Positions 41,186 to 54,483 of a DNA stretch of 64,000 nucleotides are shown here, in pieces. The position numbers and the translations under genes were made by a program. The notes under the pieces are model-generated. The model saw only the letters and a list, made by a program, of their open reading frames with translations. It was not told where the DNA came from and made no database searches. Positions within the stretch are counted from its first letter, which is position 1. Every line of letters begins with the position of its first letter. Location: the NCBI GenBank assembly GCA_020137815.1, contig CM035360.1, positions 5,022,001 through 5,086,000 of the forward strand, read 5' to 3'. Origin of the DNA: Hormiphora californensis (taxonomy: Eukaryota > Animalia > Ctenophora).

Positions 41186-41407
41186 ATGCTGCAAGTACCT
41201 GAGGCGATTGTTGTTGCAGTTTCGATTTTCATTTTTCTAATGGTCATCCTGTGTACATGTTTGTTACGTTCTTCTGTAAAGACACAACTAAAACAAAGAC
41301 GGACAAGTTCTGAGGTTAACGATGTAACTCCAATGGGACAAACACAACAGACAACCCTGGGACAGACACAACATACGTCTCTACAGGACGAGGCTGCAAT
41401 ATTCTAA
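41186..41407 (+). CDS. putative small single-pass membrane protein (73 aa, orphan)
   Basis: Hydrophobic AIVVAVSIFIFLMVILCTCLL followed by a basic stop-transfer segment; TTTTTTGTAG acceptor 1 nt before ATG. Confidence 0.45.
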   Translation: MLQVPEAIVVAVSIFIFLMVILCTCLLRSSVKTQLKQRRTSSEVNDVTPMGQTQQTTLGQTQHTSLQDEAAIF

Positions 41408-41610
41408 TAGACACTGACAATGTTAAATCAGAGAGTACATACTGACATATAATATATTGATGAAATTGTCAAACTATACGTTCTTTTTACAGAGACATTG
41501 ATGTTTTACAGAGACAGTAAAATACTGACAAACTTGACTTTGGACTTGTTTATCTAACATATATAACAGCACTGCAATATAACTAAAGAACTCCCCTCTC
41601 TGTTTATAGG

Positions 41611-42466
41611 ATGCTAGCAAGGTTGTGCCTGAGACGGTCACTGTCTGTTTTCTCCGGGAAACGGGCCTTATCTGCAGCAGCTGCAGCCCCGGTTCCTGCT
41701 CCGGTCCAGGATGGGGAGGATGGAGAGATTGGGGTGTCAGAGAATGTCCGGTCGATCGCCGATCAGATATGCAACTTGTCGCTCATCGAAACAGGACATC
41801 TGACAAAAGTCCTTAAGTCAAGGCTCGGTAAGTTACAAGGGTTCGGCTTGTGTCAAGTCACGTGATACATTGATTCAAGTAGTCATTGTTTGTTCATGTA
41901 ATGAGCCTTTATATCATTGGTCATCAAATTATCATTGTTCATCATTAGGTATCGGTGACATAGCAATTGGAGCTGCAGCTCCCGCTGCCTCTGCACCTGC
42001 TGCAGTTGAGGCTGAAGTTGTTGAGGAGGCACCGCCTGTCGAGGAAAAGAAAGCTTTCAATGTTAAACTCATCTCTGTTGATCCGTCTAAAAAGGTGAGG
42101 AATTAAATGTTTGATTTTCAAATAGTCGTCGTTATTGAAACTATTGGTTTGTGTCGTCTTGCCCCGTGTAATGTATATTTCTAATACCTCCCTTTCTTCA
42201 GATTAAATTGATAAAAGCCATAAAGGAGTCCGTTCCCGACTTTAACTTGGTTGCAGCGAAGAAACTTGTGGAATCTGCACCATGCATTGTTCGGTAGGTT
42301 AATACTCGCGGTGGTGGAGACACCTATTATGGAAAATTTTACTTTTTTTCTCTTGAACCGTTCAAACTAATCCATTCTTTCTTTCAGAGAAAACGTACCG
42401 ACGGCCGACGCTGAGAAGTTACAAGCGGCACTAACTGAATTTGGAGCGGAAGTCATTATGGAATGA
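41611..42466 (+). CDS. MRPL12: mitochondrial ribosomal protein L7/L12; exons 41611-41827, 41949-42094, 42202-42293, 42388-42466
   Basis: Arg-rich presequence, IADQICNLSLIE, Ala-rich hinge, KIKLIKAIK...NLVAAKKLVESAP, AEKLQAALTEFGAEV; all introns GT-AG and in frame. Confidence 0.93.
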
Positions 42467-43397
42467 ACGAATGAAGAGACAATTTTATACTAATTTATTA
42501 CTGCTTTTTGTTCGTTTCAAAATAACTTGTTTTCCCATGATTTGAGTGGTACTTGACCTGTCAAGATTTGACGATCCACTTCTTGCTGCTCAATAACAAA
42601 AACTTAAAGTCAAGTACCACTCGTATCAACGTGAGTCATGGTAGACATTTATCGTCAATCTGTCCTGTATCTGAAATCTGTCCTGGATCTGGATGTGCCA
42701 TTTTCATTCCCGAATGTCACACTTTTGAGGTGACTTGTTTGGAACGCGCGGAGCTCGCCCTGTAAAATGGTCGGCGCGTGAGCTCTCCAATTCGTATCTT
42801 CCACAGCGGCCCATTCAATCATTTCGTTGTTCTCCGGTTGATTGTTTCGTTGTGCTTCTACCGCCGTTATCTTTGGGTTTTTCCTACCCTCACGTATCGA
42901 TAGTATCTCTCATTCCTAGAACTGGAGTTCCCACTGGCGATGTGTTTATGAAGGAGCACGTCGGTCAACTTCCCGGATGCCGTAATTAATTTCCACGTCC
43001 CGATTTGTAGTGTTCAGGCAATATAAGCTTTTATGAAGGAGTCGACCGAATTACGCTCCGGATCAAGATCGCTTGTTATAGTTAGTTACGTATTGTCCTC
43101 CTCAGTTATTTCACGACGTCTCTGGTCTCCCAATTCAAAATCTAATCACCACGTACAAGTGTTCAATTAGCCCGAGCCCCAATAATTAGCTGAACTTTAA
43201 TTGCAAGCCCAGTACTAATTGGCAGTCAAATACACATTTGATCAATCAGAGCTTACCGTTACGCCCGAGAGATATGGAATCTTCTCTACCCTATTGACTG
43301 TCTGTTTGACATTTGCTTTATCTTTCGAGAACATAATTATCTGTATTTAATAGTTCTTAGAACCTTCAAATGATATGTTAGCTCTCCCCTTTAGACC

Positions 43398-44633
43398 ATG
43401 AACCAGATGATCGAAAACGTGTTTCCTGTAAAACCTTCCAATGGTACGGGAAGTGATGTCAAGTCTCACCAATTCGATCGGGCACCCCTTGCCAATATGA
43501 CAAACCGACAGTACCGGTCTCTCTCCCTTCATGATGCTCATGCAGTCCCAAAGAAAGCCAAGCACTCGCCATGCCGTCAGCAGAGACAGAATTCTGCCAT
43601 TGACGCCAATGACGCCTCATACACAGAGGAAGCGTTGAGATATCTTCTCAGTTTTCAGAAGGAGATGAAGATAGATAGGGACTACATGAGAAATCAGCCG
43701 GATCTGAAGCACTTCATGAGAGCGGTTCTCATTGATTGGATGATTCAGGCGTGTGGGAAATTCAAACTCGCCGATGATACGCTTTACTACGCCGTTCACT
43801 ACATTGATCGATATTTGAGCTTCAAGAAAATTAACCGCATGTCTCTCCAACTGGTTGGGATTAGTAGCCTCCATTTGGCATCCAAGTTTGAGGAGGTCAC
43901 TGTGCCCCGCATGGTCGATTTGTGCTACATAACCGAGGATTCTTACACTCCCGAGGTAATTTACTGATTTCCAATTAGTGATCGCTGACCGCTATTTTAC
44001 CAACCTCTTACCCTTGCCACCCACAAAGCTTGCTTGTGAACTTTCTGGCCCTCCTAAAACACTGTTGTGTAAGGGGAGAGACCACCCCTTACTCAGCAAC
44101 TAAAACATGCATGTTGAAGGGGTGCTTGTGAAACGAGAAGCATGCACAAGTTCTAAAATTATGCTTTTCAGATTGAATTTTAGATATTCTCTTTCTGTTA
44201 CCTTATACTTACCCCCTTCCCCATTCCCCAGGACCTGGTAAAAACCGAGAAGCAAATGCTCAAAGAATTTGACTACGACTTGGGATACCCGACATGCGTA
44301 CAATTTGTGCGGTATCTAGTAAAACTCCTCAGCTGCACGAGAAGTCAATACTACACAGGGAAATTTCTCTGCGAGTTGTCAACCCTGTCCTACAAATTCA
44401 TCCAATATCTACCATCAACCATCGCCATATCATCGCTCGATATCCTGAACCTTCAGTACAGCACCCTCTTGCCTGTTCTGAAGAGACTGAATATTGAGGT
44501 AGATGAGACGGCGGTGGCGGAGTGCAAGGTGCAACTGCGGCGTGCTGTCCTGACCGATGAACTGAGTGATTATGAGACGGTCTTCAAGAAACACCACACT
44601 GTATACAAGAAACTAGTCTCCGATTTACAGTAA
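43398..44633 (+). CDS. mitotic cyclin (A/B family); exons 43398-43955 and 44232-44633
   Basis: D-box RAPLANMTN; cyclin box MRAVLIDW...YIDRYLS...LQLVG...ASKFEE; C-terminal fold YLPSTIA; in-frame GT-AG intron. Confidence 0.92.
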
Positions 44634-47310
44634 GCTGCTCTATTCTTTTACAATATGTTCACCAGTTTTTAAGCTATAGGTAAAGTAACACACTAGGGCA
44701 CGATGAGAATGATTGTGTTTAGGTAGGTCATTATGTTTTTAATTTGTCTCTTTTACAGCAGTCTGTAAGATCTGACTCCACGTCTGTTGTAGAGCTAGGC
44801 TGCTAGAGGATTGCCCAGATATGTGTCTATTATATGATTTGTAATTGTGCTCCTTTTTTTCTAATGGATGCGTGATAAACTTTAAACAGCTTAATCTTGT
44901 CCATTATGATGATTATTTACCAATGTTCTTTTTCCAAACTCAAAAGCCTGTAATTTTAGTATGGTGGAAAAAGAACAGTATCAATTTTTGTGACGTTTTT
45001 TCCTCAGTTGAAGAGTTTATATAGAGCTATTTATAAAGTACTTTATACCAATATGATATTATTTGTGTTTGGGAGTATTTATCTGCATTTGTTTCAGTGT
45101 TTTGTCATTTTCTGGGTATAGTTTGTAACTTCGTTTATGCTGAGTTTCTTTTTGGGTGTCAGCGTGACGAATGACAATTCAATATCAATTGTAAGCGAGA
45201 ATTAAAACAATAAGCTTATCAAATGTTATTTTCTCACTTTTTAACTTTTTTCTATCAGTATCCAGTGTGTTTTATTTAAACCCAGTTTATCCCGCCATCC
45301 TTGAAGTCCCAAATCACCTACTACCTTGACCATGTTATTGGTTATGGCCATCCATTGCTCGACAAACCTTCCACCGTGCCCTCTTTAACCTCTTTATGTT
45401 TCCATTTAGCACCAAACAGGAATAACCAATAACCGATATATCACAGTTATTGTTCAACTCGAGTCACACGTCAGAGTCATCACGGATATATGGGCAGTCC
45501 TGCTACATTCCTTGTCCTACTGCTAAGCAGTGGAGAGAATGCAGGAGAGAATGGAGGAAGGAAGGTGGTGAAATACAATCTCTCCTGAAGAACGTCAATT
45601 CAGAGGTAATAACCTAATCCATTCATTAAACCTTAGGTCATTCACTCACGTACACATATTATACCTAGAGCTTTCGATTTTCTGCACTAAATTATGGGGC
45701 TGAGTCAGCATCTAACAGATAACCGGTGCAATGAGAATTCCATTTAACATTCATTCAGTTTGTGTTTTGTGTGTCGTGGGAGGGTAAGCTGCAGGACGTC
45801 TCCGGGCTGCACTGGTAGTAGTCCATTCTATGTGCGTACCCGCCACCCGGCCCGGCCTCAGAAACAGAAATAGCCTACTTTATTTCATTATCAAATTCCT
45901 GGCCATTCCAAAAAACTCCCCCGCAGCCCGCCTACGCGTTCTGCATTCTGAAAACTGCTTTTTCTCACCCTTCCCGCCTAACAGATAACAACAAACTCTG
46001 CATCTAGGGTCGGTTCCCATGACACTATCTCACCATGACCAAATATGGTGTTGATTTAGTCATATTTGTATTTTGTAGCTGCTTTGCAAACCCCCACGCA
46101 CGCGCATGCAAAAAGTGACAAGTTTTTATCCCGTGACAGGCTGCAGGGCCATATAAAACAAGATTCTGACCAACCTTTTGATGACGGTATTTTCTAATTT
46201 CTGTTTTCGTAACTCGCGGAAGAGTATGGACATCGAACAATTCAAGTTCAAGTTAATAACTACCTAAATATTGTACTAGTACTACCGTCCGTCGTACAGC
46301 TAGTGAACCTGGTAGTTGGTACTTCCAGAGATCAGACCGTTACCGGGGCGTGGTTGTTTGTATCTCTCACATTCTTGGAATGTTGCCATGTAATAGTAAC
46401 GTATGGTCCACAGAACATGATTACCCTCGAGTACGGCGACAATATGGGGATTACCACCCCTCTGTTTAACAATACAGCGGGGCCCCACGAGACCAAGAGC
46501 GCTATAGTGCAGCTCTGTTACGTCGACATTACGATCTGACCAGAGCTGGGACACTTTTGTTCTGATTTTCGGCTTTTAATTTGATCTAAGCTGCTGTAGT
46601 TCCATTCCACATTGGCACAATACCACTATTAGAGCTCCAGTAGTTGTGACTAGTATAATTCTCGCTGGGTAGAGCTCAAGGCGTTGGGATGTTTCTCGGA
46701 TCCTTCTTCTACAACCTATATCACGTCATTATTTTGTAGAGGTAGTTAGCCTTCCTAACTGCATTTCTCTAACTAACTCAGTTCCTGCCACTATTCCCTA
46801 ACTCATGGGGTAGGCCACCTTGTAGTTGATTACTCAACAACTGCCACCTGCATGATTAAATGACGATCTCTCTGCTTCGTTATAGATCTAATTTTCAAGT
46901 CGCCACTGCTACCTGAACACACGCAGTTTGCAAAATATCCAAAAGGGATCCAAAACTAAACCAAAAAGTCACAACGCGTTTTATTCAGATTCTAGACTGA
47001 TTAAGAGGCCCCCTTATCTCTGCACCAGTCCTAGGTCTCATGTTACTGCTAAGTTGTCCCCAATGATTCGGTGCGTGCTCGCTCCTCCAGACCAGCATAC
47101 TGAATCTCTCCTGTTGCTCGCCCTTTTCAGTCTTACCAACGTGTTGTTTTGTACAAACAGTCTGACTTGGCAACCAACGTGTACAGTAATTGTCAGTTGT
47201 TCATTATTAACTTTCATCGTTTCATAACACATTTTGCTGTTTGCCCATTTTAATCCCTTTTATCTCTGCTAATTGTATCCCATCATCTGTTTTATAGATC
47301 ACTAATTGCT

Positions 47311-50300
47311 ATGTCAGTTGAGTCTGATGTTTGGTTGGTTGGAGAATTGTTGAGGGAGAAGGTGGGAGAGAACTTGCCCAGCAATAAAATAAGTGGACTT
47401 TCCCTGGTCGATTGGCTCGTAAAAAATGACAATCAGGTAAATAGGCCCAGTTAGATCCGAACCCATTCTCAATTACACCCAATCAGTTTCGTGTGCATGA
47501 GCTTGGTTGGATGAAAGAGATGAAATTGAAAGAGATGCTTCGTTCCCATTTTACAAAATTCTTGCCTTGTAAAACATGTCAAATTCTTGCCTAGATCTGG
47601 AATAGAGGGGACGGGGTCAAGTTGTGTCGGTTGTTGGTGGAGTTCAGAGTTCTTCAACACGAGGATGAGAAATTCCATTTTGCTGACGAGTTCAACAAGT
47701 TTTACAGGTAAGCCAACTGCTTTTATCATAATCCATAGTCTCCAGCCTCTTTGCAATGAGGCTGGCAATACATTGCTTCTCGAATCTCGGTACTGGAGAG
47801 AGAGAAACATCAAACAATTCATTGTTTCCTCATTGCCAGTATAACAGGGCCATTATGGCCATATTCCCATTATGTTACCCCTTACTCAACAAATCATGGC
47901 CATATTCCCAATTTTCACGAAATGACCATAACATCAAACCTCTCCACCTCAGGTTCTGCTGGGATTGTCCCAATTCGTACCCGATAAGTGCCAGTGAGAA
48001 GAGAACATGGTGTCAGGGTCTCGAAGTTATGAGACAGTTTAATCTGGAACAGAGTGGTACCAAGAAACGGAGGCACAGCTTCTTGGTTCTCTTTGGGAAA
48101 GACAAAGATCTTCCAATGACTTTCAAAGGTAAATCAAGCACAAGATATTTGATAACTAATTGTTTACTGCTAATTGCTGTGCTAATTGGTTTAGATCTCG
48201 GACCATTGAATATTTAGATCGTTTTCATTCAACTCCACCCACTCACCCAGGAAAGACGCTTATTGAGTGGTTGGAGAGACGAACTGACTTTGAAAATAGG
48301 GAGGACTGTAAACGTTTTGTGACATGTCTCCTCAAGTTGGATTTCATTCGATCAGCAGCACAGAAAGGTGCCCGATTCAGTGAGGTGAGTTTGTTGCTTA
48401 TTTCTCATTTCCCATGGGCTAATAGCATTGTTTGGTAGCGGGGGTAACTTCGTTATCAATAATAGCATTGTGGAGTGTGGAGCACTTTCGCTTTTGAGTT
48501 TTTATCTCATTTCATTTCTGGCCTCTCCACCTATGGTATGCGAGTCACATTACCAGCCCCCCCCCCCTCTCCATGAGAATGATATCACCAGCGGTTCTCT
48601 TTGAACAGCTCTCTAGCACTAGAGCTGGGGTGATAACCCGTAATATGAACCTAAAATATCCATTCATTTCAAACTAACTCATTTCACCATATTCTCCCGA
48701 GCCCTGAGTTTAGATTCAATTATGATCCTAATGCCCTCTACTCTCTCAGACGACGGAGTACTGGTTCTACGTATCCAGTCTCGTAGAATCCAGTTCCCCC
48801 CGGAGAAGCGAAATGAAAACAGTCGCAGAGCCATCCTCCCCTGCTGTCCCCGCCATTTGTGTCAGTCGAGATGATGGTGACCAGCCTGGGAAACCAAGGA
48901 GAAGGATATCTGAGATAGGACTGACAACTGAGTTCATGCAGGCTGTAACACTCCTACAGAAAGGTAGTTTGGCGTTTGCTGTACTGTTCATACTTCATAC
49001 TCTCGCAGTCTCTTACTGTATGTTACTTTAGTAAGGGAGACTGGGGGAGTCTGAACACGTCAAGTAATTTGTACAGACTGGATCTATTTTCGATCTTGGA
49101 AAGTTTGATTTACCGACTCCCATTTCAGTACACAACAGACGAGACGAGAGGATAAAACTGAAGAATAGCTGTGAGGTACTGAGCACCAAGAGTCAAAGTA
49201 GGGAGAGTGTGTTATCTTGGCCCCCTGATCTACCTCTTGATTGGGGCAGGGAGTTTGAGAGACAGCACAGAACCAGCGAGTGTGAATCACATTGTGATAC
49301 CACCAGCAGTATCGGTAGGTAGTTTAGAACCAGTAGCCACTAGATGTTCGACTTGCTCAGAGCTTTTTCTCCGTGCTGTATAGGGGTTTGGGAAACCACA
49401 TTCTCCGTTCACAATCAGGCCACTTTATAATCCCTTATGTCTCTCTCACAGTGTCGAATGTAACCGATTTTGATGATGATGGACCGGGTTCATTCAACTA
49501 TGTTAAACGACTTCAGAGCCAATACCCATCAGCCGGTTAGTTCACCTTCTAGATTATTCCATCAACCTACCCCACTCCTTGGTACCATTGCTACCTGTAT
49601 GCGCGACCTCGATCTCGCTCGCACTAGGTGTCAATGTCATCAACCCCACTCCCCAGTTTATATCGCTCTATAAGTATCTCGGTAAATCCCCGGTAAACCA
49701 TCAATCAGATACTTCACAGTTCACCTAAGTCTAATCTACATTCCCCCAGGTACTACCAACTCCAAGCACGGCCGTACCAGGAACCTCAGTTCATGTAGCA
49801 GCACGATGTCAGACCTGGCAGAGAACCCGATCTTTCAGCGGCAACTAGCTCACATTTCAAGCAGCTCCTGTCGCAACTTTAATAGCCGTAAGTTTTAGGT
49901 GAACATATATTTTCTAGGAATCAGATTGCGATCAACCTTGAAGTTGAATTGCTTGCTATGTGGTGTGTGTACTGTTTGTTTAGCCCAGCTGTTCCACCCT
50001 GTAAAACATAACACCCCTGACACCCCCCCCCCCAGTGGAACTTAACAGTAACCCCCCCCCCTCCCCCACAGATAAGATTGCATCCCAGACCCAGAAGGAA
50101 AAGGCAGCGCTGCTGATGCAGATTGAAATTCACAAGTTTGGAGTCTCGAGACCCGCTCTGGGACAATCGAAGCAGGGTGATTCAACCGAGTCAAAGGCCA
50201 CTAAATCATCTGGTGAGTGTGGCCTGGCTAATTCGTTGGTAATGAATTTCTGTTCGTGTACGTCAAATAATAAACCCAATGTGTAAATTTGTATCCAGTC

Positions 50301-50767
50301 CTTTCTCGGTTCTTTCATAACGGATAGAGAAGGGTCGGATTCGAACCAGCCCCCCAACCAGACGTTGGTTTGGGGTCTGGTTTGTATGTTCTGTGTGTTT
50401 CTGATCAAGTGTCCCACTCCCAGGGTATTGGAGTAGTGCTGATGATTCGTTCTCCTCCCCCTCCACTGACAGCCTCTCATCACCCCAGCCCGGAACATCA
50501 TCCATTCCCTGTGGTGTTGATAGTGGTGGATCAACCGATAGTACAGTGCACAACGATAGTCCCCCGCCCATACCTCCCAGACCCCGGTTGGTTAGGCAGG
50601 ATGGGGTAGTCAGCCCGGGTCCCAGTCCACCTCCCCGGCTCTCTCTATCCGCTGTGAACAATGGGAAGTCAAGAAGGGTCACTGTGTGTAGTTCGCCACC
50701 CAATTCAGAGGGTATAGAGGTGGGTGGACTAAGTGGGAAGTGTCATAGTGCAGGCAATATACAGTGA
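47311..50767 (+). CDS. DEPTOR-like tandem DEP-domain protein; confident exons 47311-47436, 47595-47707, 47953-48128, 48251-48384; later exons approximate
   Basis: Spliced translation MSVESDVWLVGELLR...LVDWLVKNDNQIWNRGDGVKLCRLLVEFRVLQH...KFYRFCWD...TFKGKTLIEWLERR...DFIR gives two DEP domains; Ser/Pro-rich tail with PPPIPPRP. Confidence 0.7.
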
Positions 50768-51963
50768 ACCAGACATGAAATTGACACTGATATTGGAGAC
50801 TGGGAATCCCAATTATGGGATATATTTTAGAATGAAAGTTTGACTCTTTTAGATTTTAATTATTTGAATCATGTGCAGTGCCGTTGATTTATTTGGATAT
50901 GACCCGATTATGAGGCTAGGGATAGAGATGTTGTAAAAGATATTGGTGTGTATATATTTCTTCTATAACATTCTCCCGTTAAAAAACCTGACTTCTTATC
51001 TTAACAGTAACTGATAAAAGCAGCAGCTGCAACGTATTTTAACGTCACTACTGCACACCTTCAAGAGATAATAGGTGGAGACTGCCAGTCCTAATGGACT
51101 GTGATAGATGAAGATGGTTTACAGTTGGGAGCTACGGTGGAACTCACGAACTGCAATCCACACCAGGTGGAGACTGTACCGCTTGTCAGCGCTCCTCTCC
51201 TAGGGTGGGGAACTGCGCGCAGAGACGCATGTATTGATGCTGCCAGTACCTCCTCTCACCACATCCCTGGTCAGTGGGTGCTAGTTGTTGTGAGAGATGT
51301 GAGAGAAATGTGTGTCGGGGTGACACCTGAGGCGAAACAAACACCAACAATGTTTGGTGTCTCAGTCGGGATTTCAACTAGCACCCAACAGTGGAATATT
51401 AAAACAAATTGGATAACCAGTTTCAAAATAAACAAATCAATAAATTATTTAGCAAATAAAATCATCTAAGGGAGGACGAAAAAAAGGTGATATCCCTTGT
51501 TTCTGGAGATATATATGCTTGGTAAAAAAAGAAAACGAGAGACGTGACATAGACACACAAAAACTGTGATGAATAATAAGTGGTTAAACACACTGATCGA
51601 TAATTTCACGGGATTCTCTACTATCTCTCTATCTCTCCAAATTATCTCCGGAATTTTCCGCCCTCTCGTGATGACTGTCTTTGCTCTCTCTTTCCATACA
51701 ATATTGCAAGAGAGTGACTGAGTTTCTCTCTCTCTCTCCTTCTTTATAAACTATTTTCTGGCATGTTATAGTGCTGTGCAGCAGTTCCTTGCTAAAAATT
51801 GCCATAAAAGATTTCTATACCGTTCGCTAAAATACCCCAGTCTATCTTTCTAATAACCGACTATAATAGACTAGGTAAGATAATGTCCCTTTCTCTCTCT
51901 CTCTCTCACTCTTTCTCTCTCTCTCTCCCTCTCTCTCTCTCCCTCTCACTGTCTCTCTCCACC

Positions 51964-52920
51964 CTACTCATCGCTGGTAACACTGTTAATCCTGTCCTTA
52001 GTTTTCTGCTCCAATTCATCCATCCTCTTCTTCTGAGTAGGATCCGCCTCGTCTCGTGCCCTGCCACACCCAAAGATGCTGCTCTTCTTGACTCCCTCAG
52101 TCACCTCCTCCACACTGGTCTGTTTGGTACGGGGTGCTAACTTCAGTTTGGGTCGTCCCGCCATCTCTTCAGCAGATGGTCGGATATCCTCGCTCTCGCT
52201 GCTCCTGCTCCTAGAGTTGTACCTTGGCCGGGTTCTGTCATCGTGGCCGTCCTGGTAGCCACCACCCCGCCTTCCCTGGTCACCCCTATCACCCCTATCA
52301 CCACCCCTGTTGTAACTGTCACCACCTCTGTGGTAACCACCATCACCACCTCTATCACCACCCCTATTGTAACTATCACCACCCCGTCCACCACCACCAC
52401 CCCCTCCTCGCTGTTCGGGTGCTGCGTTCCTCTGTCGGCCACCCCGACCACTCACAAACCACTGATCATCACCGTGGCTGTTATTGTTACCTTTGAATTG
52501 TTGTTGGTTACCTTGGTTACCTCTCTGGTTACCTCCCCGGTTACCACCGCCACCCCTGTTATTGTTGTCACCCCTCTTCCTGGGCTCACCTCCGATATCT
52601 ACCTTGAGGGGCCGATCCATGAACACCGCACCGTGGTAAGAGAGTGCCTCCTTTAGGTCCTCCAAACTCTGAACCTCAACGTAACAGTACCCCTTAAAGG
52701 CGTCTGTTTCCTTGTCCCTGATCAGCCTGACATTCTTGATGGTGACCGTCTTGAAGATCATCTCGAGGTCCCCCTGGACACACCCGGCTGGCAGGTTGCC
52801 AACAAAGGCAATGAAGGGCGCCTCGGTGGGCATGGGCCGGGATCCGTATTGGTGGGAGCCGCCACTGAATCCTCCGTGACGGTTGTTGTTGTATTGCGGA
52901 GCGAACTTTTGATGCGACAT
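51964..52920 (-). CDS. EIF4H: translation initiation factor eIF4H (RRM plus RGG-rich region)
   Basis: PTEAPFIAFVGNLP...VQGDL...VRLIRDKETDAFKGYCYVE...LKEAL; RPKLKLAPRT; SIFGCGRARDE. Confidence 0.88.
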   Translation of the reverse strand: MSHQKFAPQYNNNRHGGFSGGSHQYGSRPMPTEAPFIAFVGNLPAGCVQGDLEMIFKTVTIKNVRLIRDKETDAFKGYCYVEVQSLEDLKEALSYHGAVFMDRPLKVDIGGEPRKRGDNNNRGGGGNRGGNQRGNQGNQQQFKGNNNSHGDDQWFVSGRGGRQRNAAPEQRGGGGGGGRGGDSYNRGGDRGGDGGYHRGGDSYNRGGDRGDRGDQGRRGGGYQDGHDDRTRPRYNSRSRSSESEDIRPSAEEMAGRPKLKLAPRTKQTSVEEVTEGVKKSSIFGCGRARDEADPTQKKRMDELEQKTKDRINSVTSDE

Positions 52921-53076
52921 GATCGCCTAGTTAGGGAGAGAGGGGGTTAGATATTAATGGGGGTATAACTTGTAGAGGAGAGGGGGTTAGATTTAATATA
53001 GGGATAAGTTGGGGAGAGAGGAGAGGGGTGTTAGATATAGTTGAGAAATTTTAGTAAGATAGAGATTATAATAATA

Positions 53077-53992
53077 TTAGGTTGTCCAGTAAAGATTTTC
53101 GTTTCGCTTTTATGGGAAACTGTTTTTGAGATAGAGCAAAATGGACTTCACCACCGTTTTTCTTAAGCGATTTTGGATCGGAATATCATGCCTGAAATCG
53201 GTATATGGCTGTTCTCGGTTCACACCAGGCTATTTTCTCTACCCCACTCTTGTTGCTGCTGTACGGGGGTACTTCGCGATTTTCGAGTTTTAGTACTAAA
53301 GCTGCTGTACTTCTTCAAAATGGTACCGGAGTGATGTTTTGTTGCATCAAGCCTGTTCATTGGACAATTACCTACTGTTCAAGATGTAATAAAACATCTT
53401 ATCTTTAATTTGACACTGAGCAATGGGCCTCCAAAAAAATTTGGTAAAAATTAGAAACTTTCACTTCCGGGTCTCATCAGGATTGGCTTATAATCAAAAA
53501 CTCTACAGTGAAAGATAGTTCTAAGTAAGTTCTAAGACATAGTAAAGCCAATTATTTGATTGGTTGACTTTTAAAGTGAATAATAGACGTTTTCGAACAT
53601 GTACTCCAAAACGGGCCAGTTTTTATGTGTATTTTTCGCTTTTTATGTTACATTTACTGTTCTAGTGGTTACTAGCGAACGCGTAGAGACCCAAATCGCA
53701 TATATATTTCATCCCCAGACGATTTGCTATCGATTAAGCACCATAGGAGCTAAAAAGACTGTACCAGTTTTCTTCGGGCGGCGTTTAAAAAACTTTGGTA
53801 ACCCCGAACAGCGGCAACAAGAGTGGGGTAGAGAAAATAGCCTGATGGAACCCCAGAACAGCCATATACCAATATCAGGCATGATATTCCGATCCAAAAT
53901 CGCGTGAGAAAAACGGTGGTGAAGTCCATTTTGCTCTATCTCAAACTATTTTCCCATAAAAGCCAAACGAAAATCTTTACTGGACAACCTAA
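53077..53992. mobile_element. Tc1/mariner-like MITE (copy 2, inverted relative to 16596-17475)
   Basis: TA|TTAGGTTGTCCAGTAAAG...CTTTACTGGACAACCTAA|TA; interior is reverse-complement-similar to copy 1. Confidence 0.88.
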
Positions 53993-54480
53993 TATGAAAC
54001 CCGATAGTTGATTTATCAGTCGTTTGAAGATTTTGCGCGCTCATGATAACTGCTAGCTGGGGGATTTAACACCCTGCTCGTGATTTATCAGGCCAGTGTC
54101 CTTTTTCACGCGTTTCTCTTCATTTGAATAACATGCGTGTAAAATTCTAAGTATTGAAAATGTGTGTAAACACACAGTTCTGTCAACAAAAGAAAGGGGA
54201 AACATGTCTGCAACACGTTTCAATGTTATCTCTCTCATAAGGAGTGAAAAGAATCACATTCCATTCATTTCTCTCTCTCATTGTCTCTTTTACTGTTCAT
54301 TACCTCTGACAGTGTGTATTGCCCCTAATCTTTCTCTCTCTTTCTCAAACATGTTAGGAACAGTAGACACTAAGTCTACACACATTTTCAGGGTATCTGT
54401 TGACTATTTACCAGCAGTTCTAGTGTGTTTCACCTTGTGTTGTGTCTCTTATTTGTGTGTAATTACTATCGGGTTTCATA
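53993..54480. mobile_element. MITE with short TIRs
   Basis: TATGAAACCCGATAGT / ACTATCGGGTTTCATA. Confidence 0.65.
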
Positions 54481-54483
54481 AAA

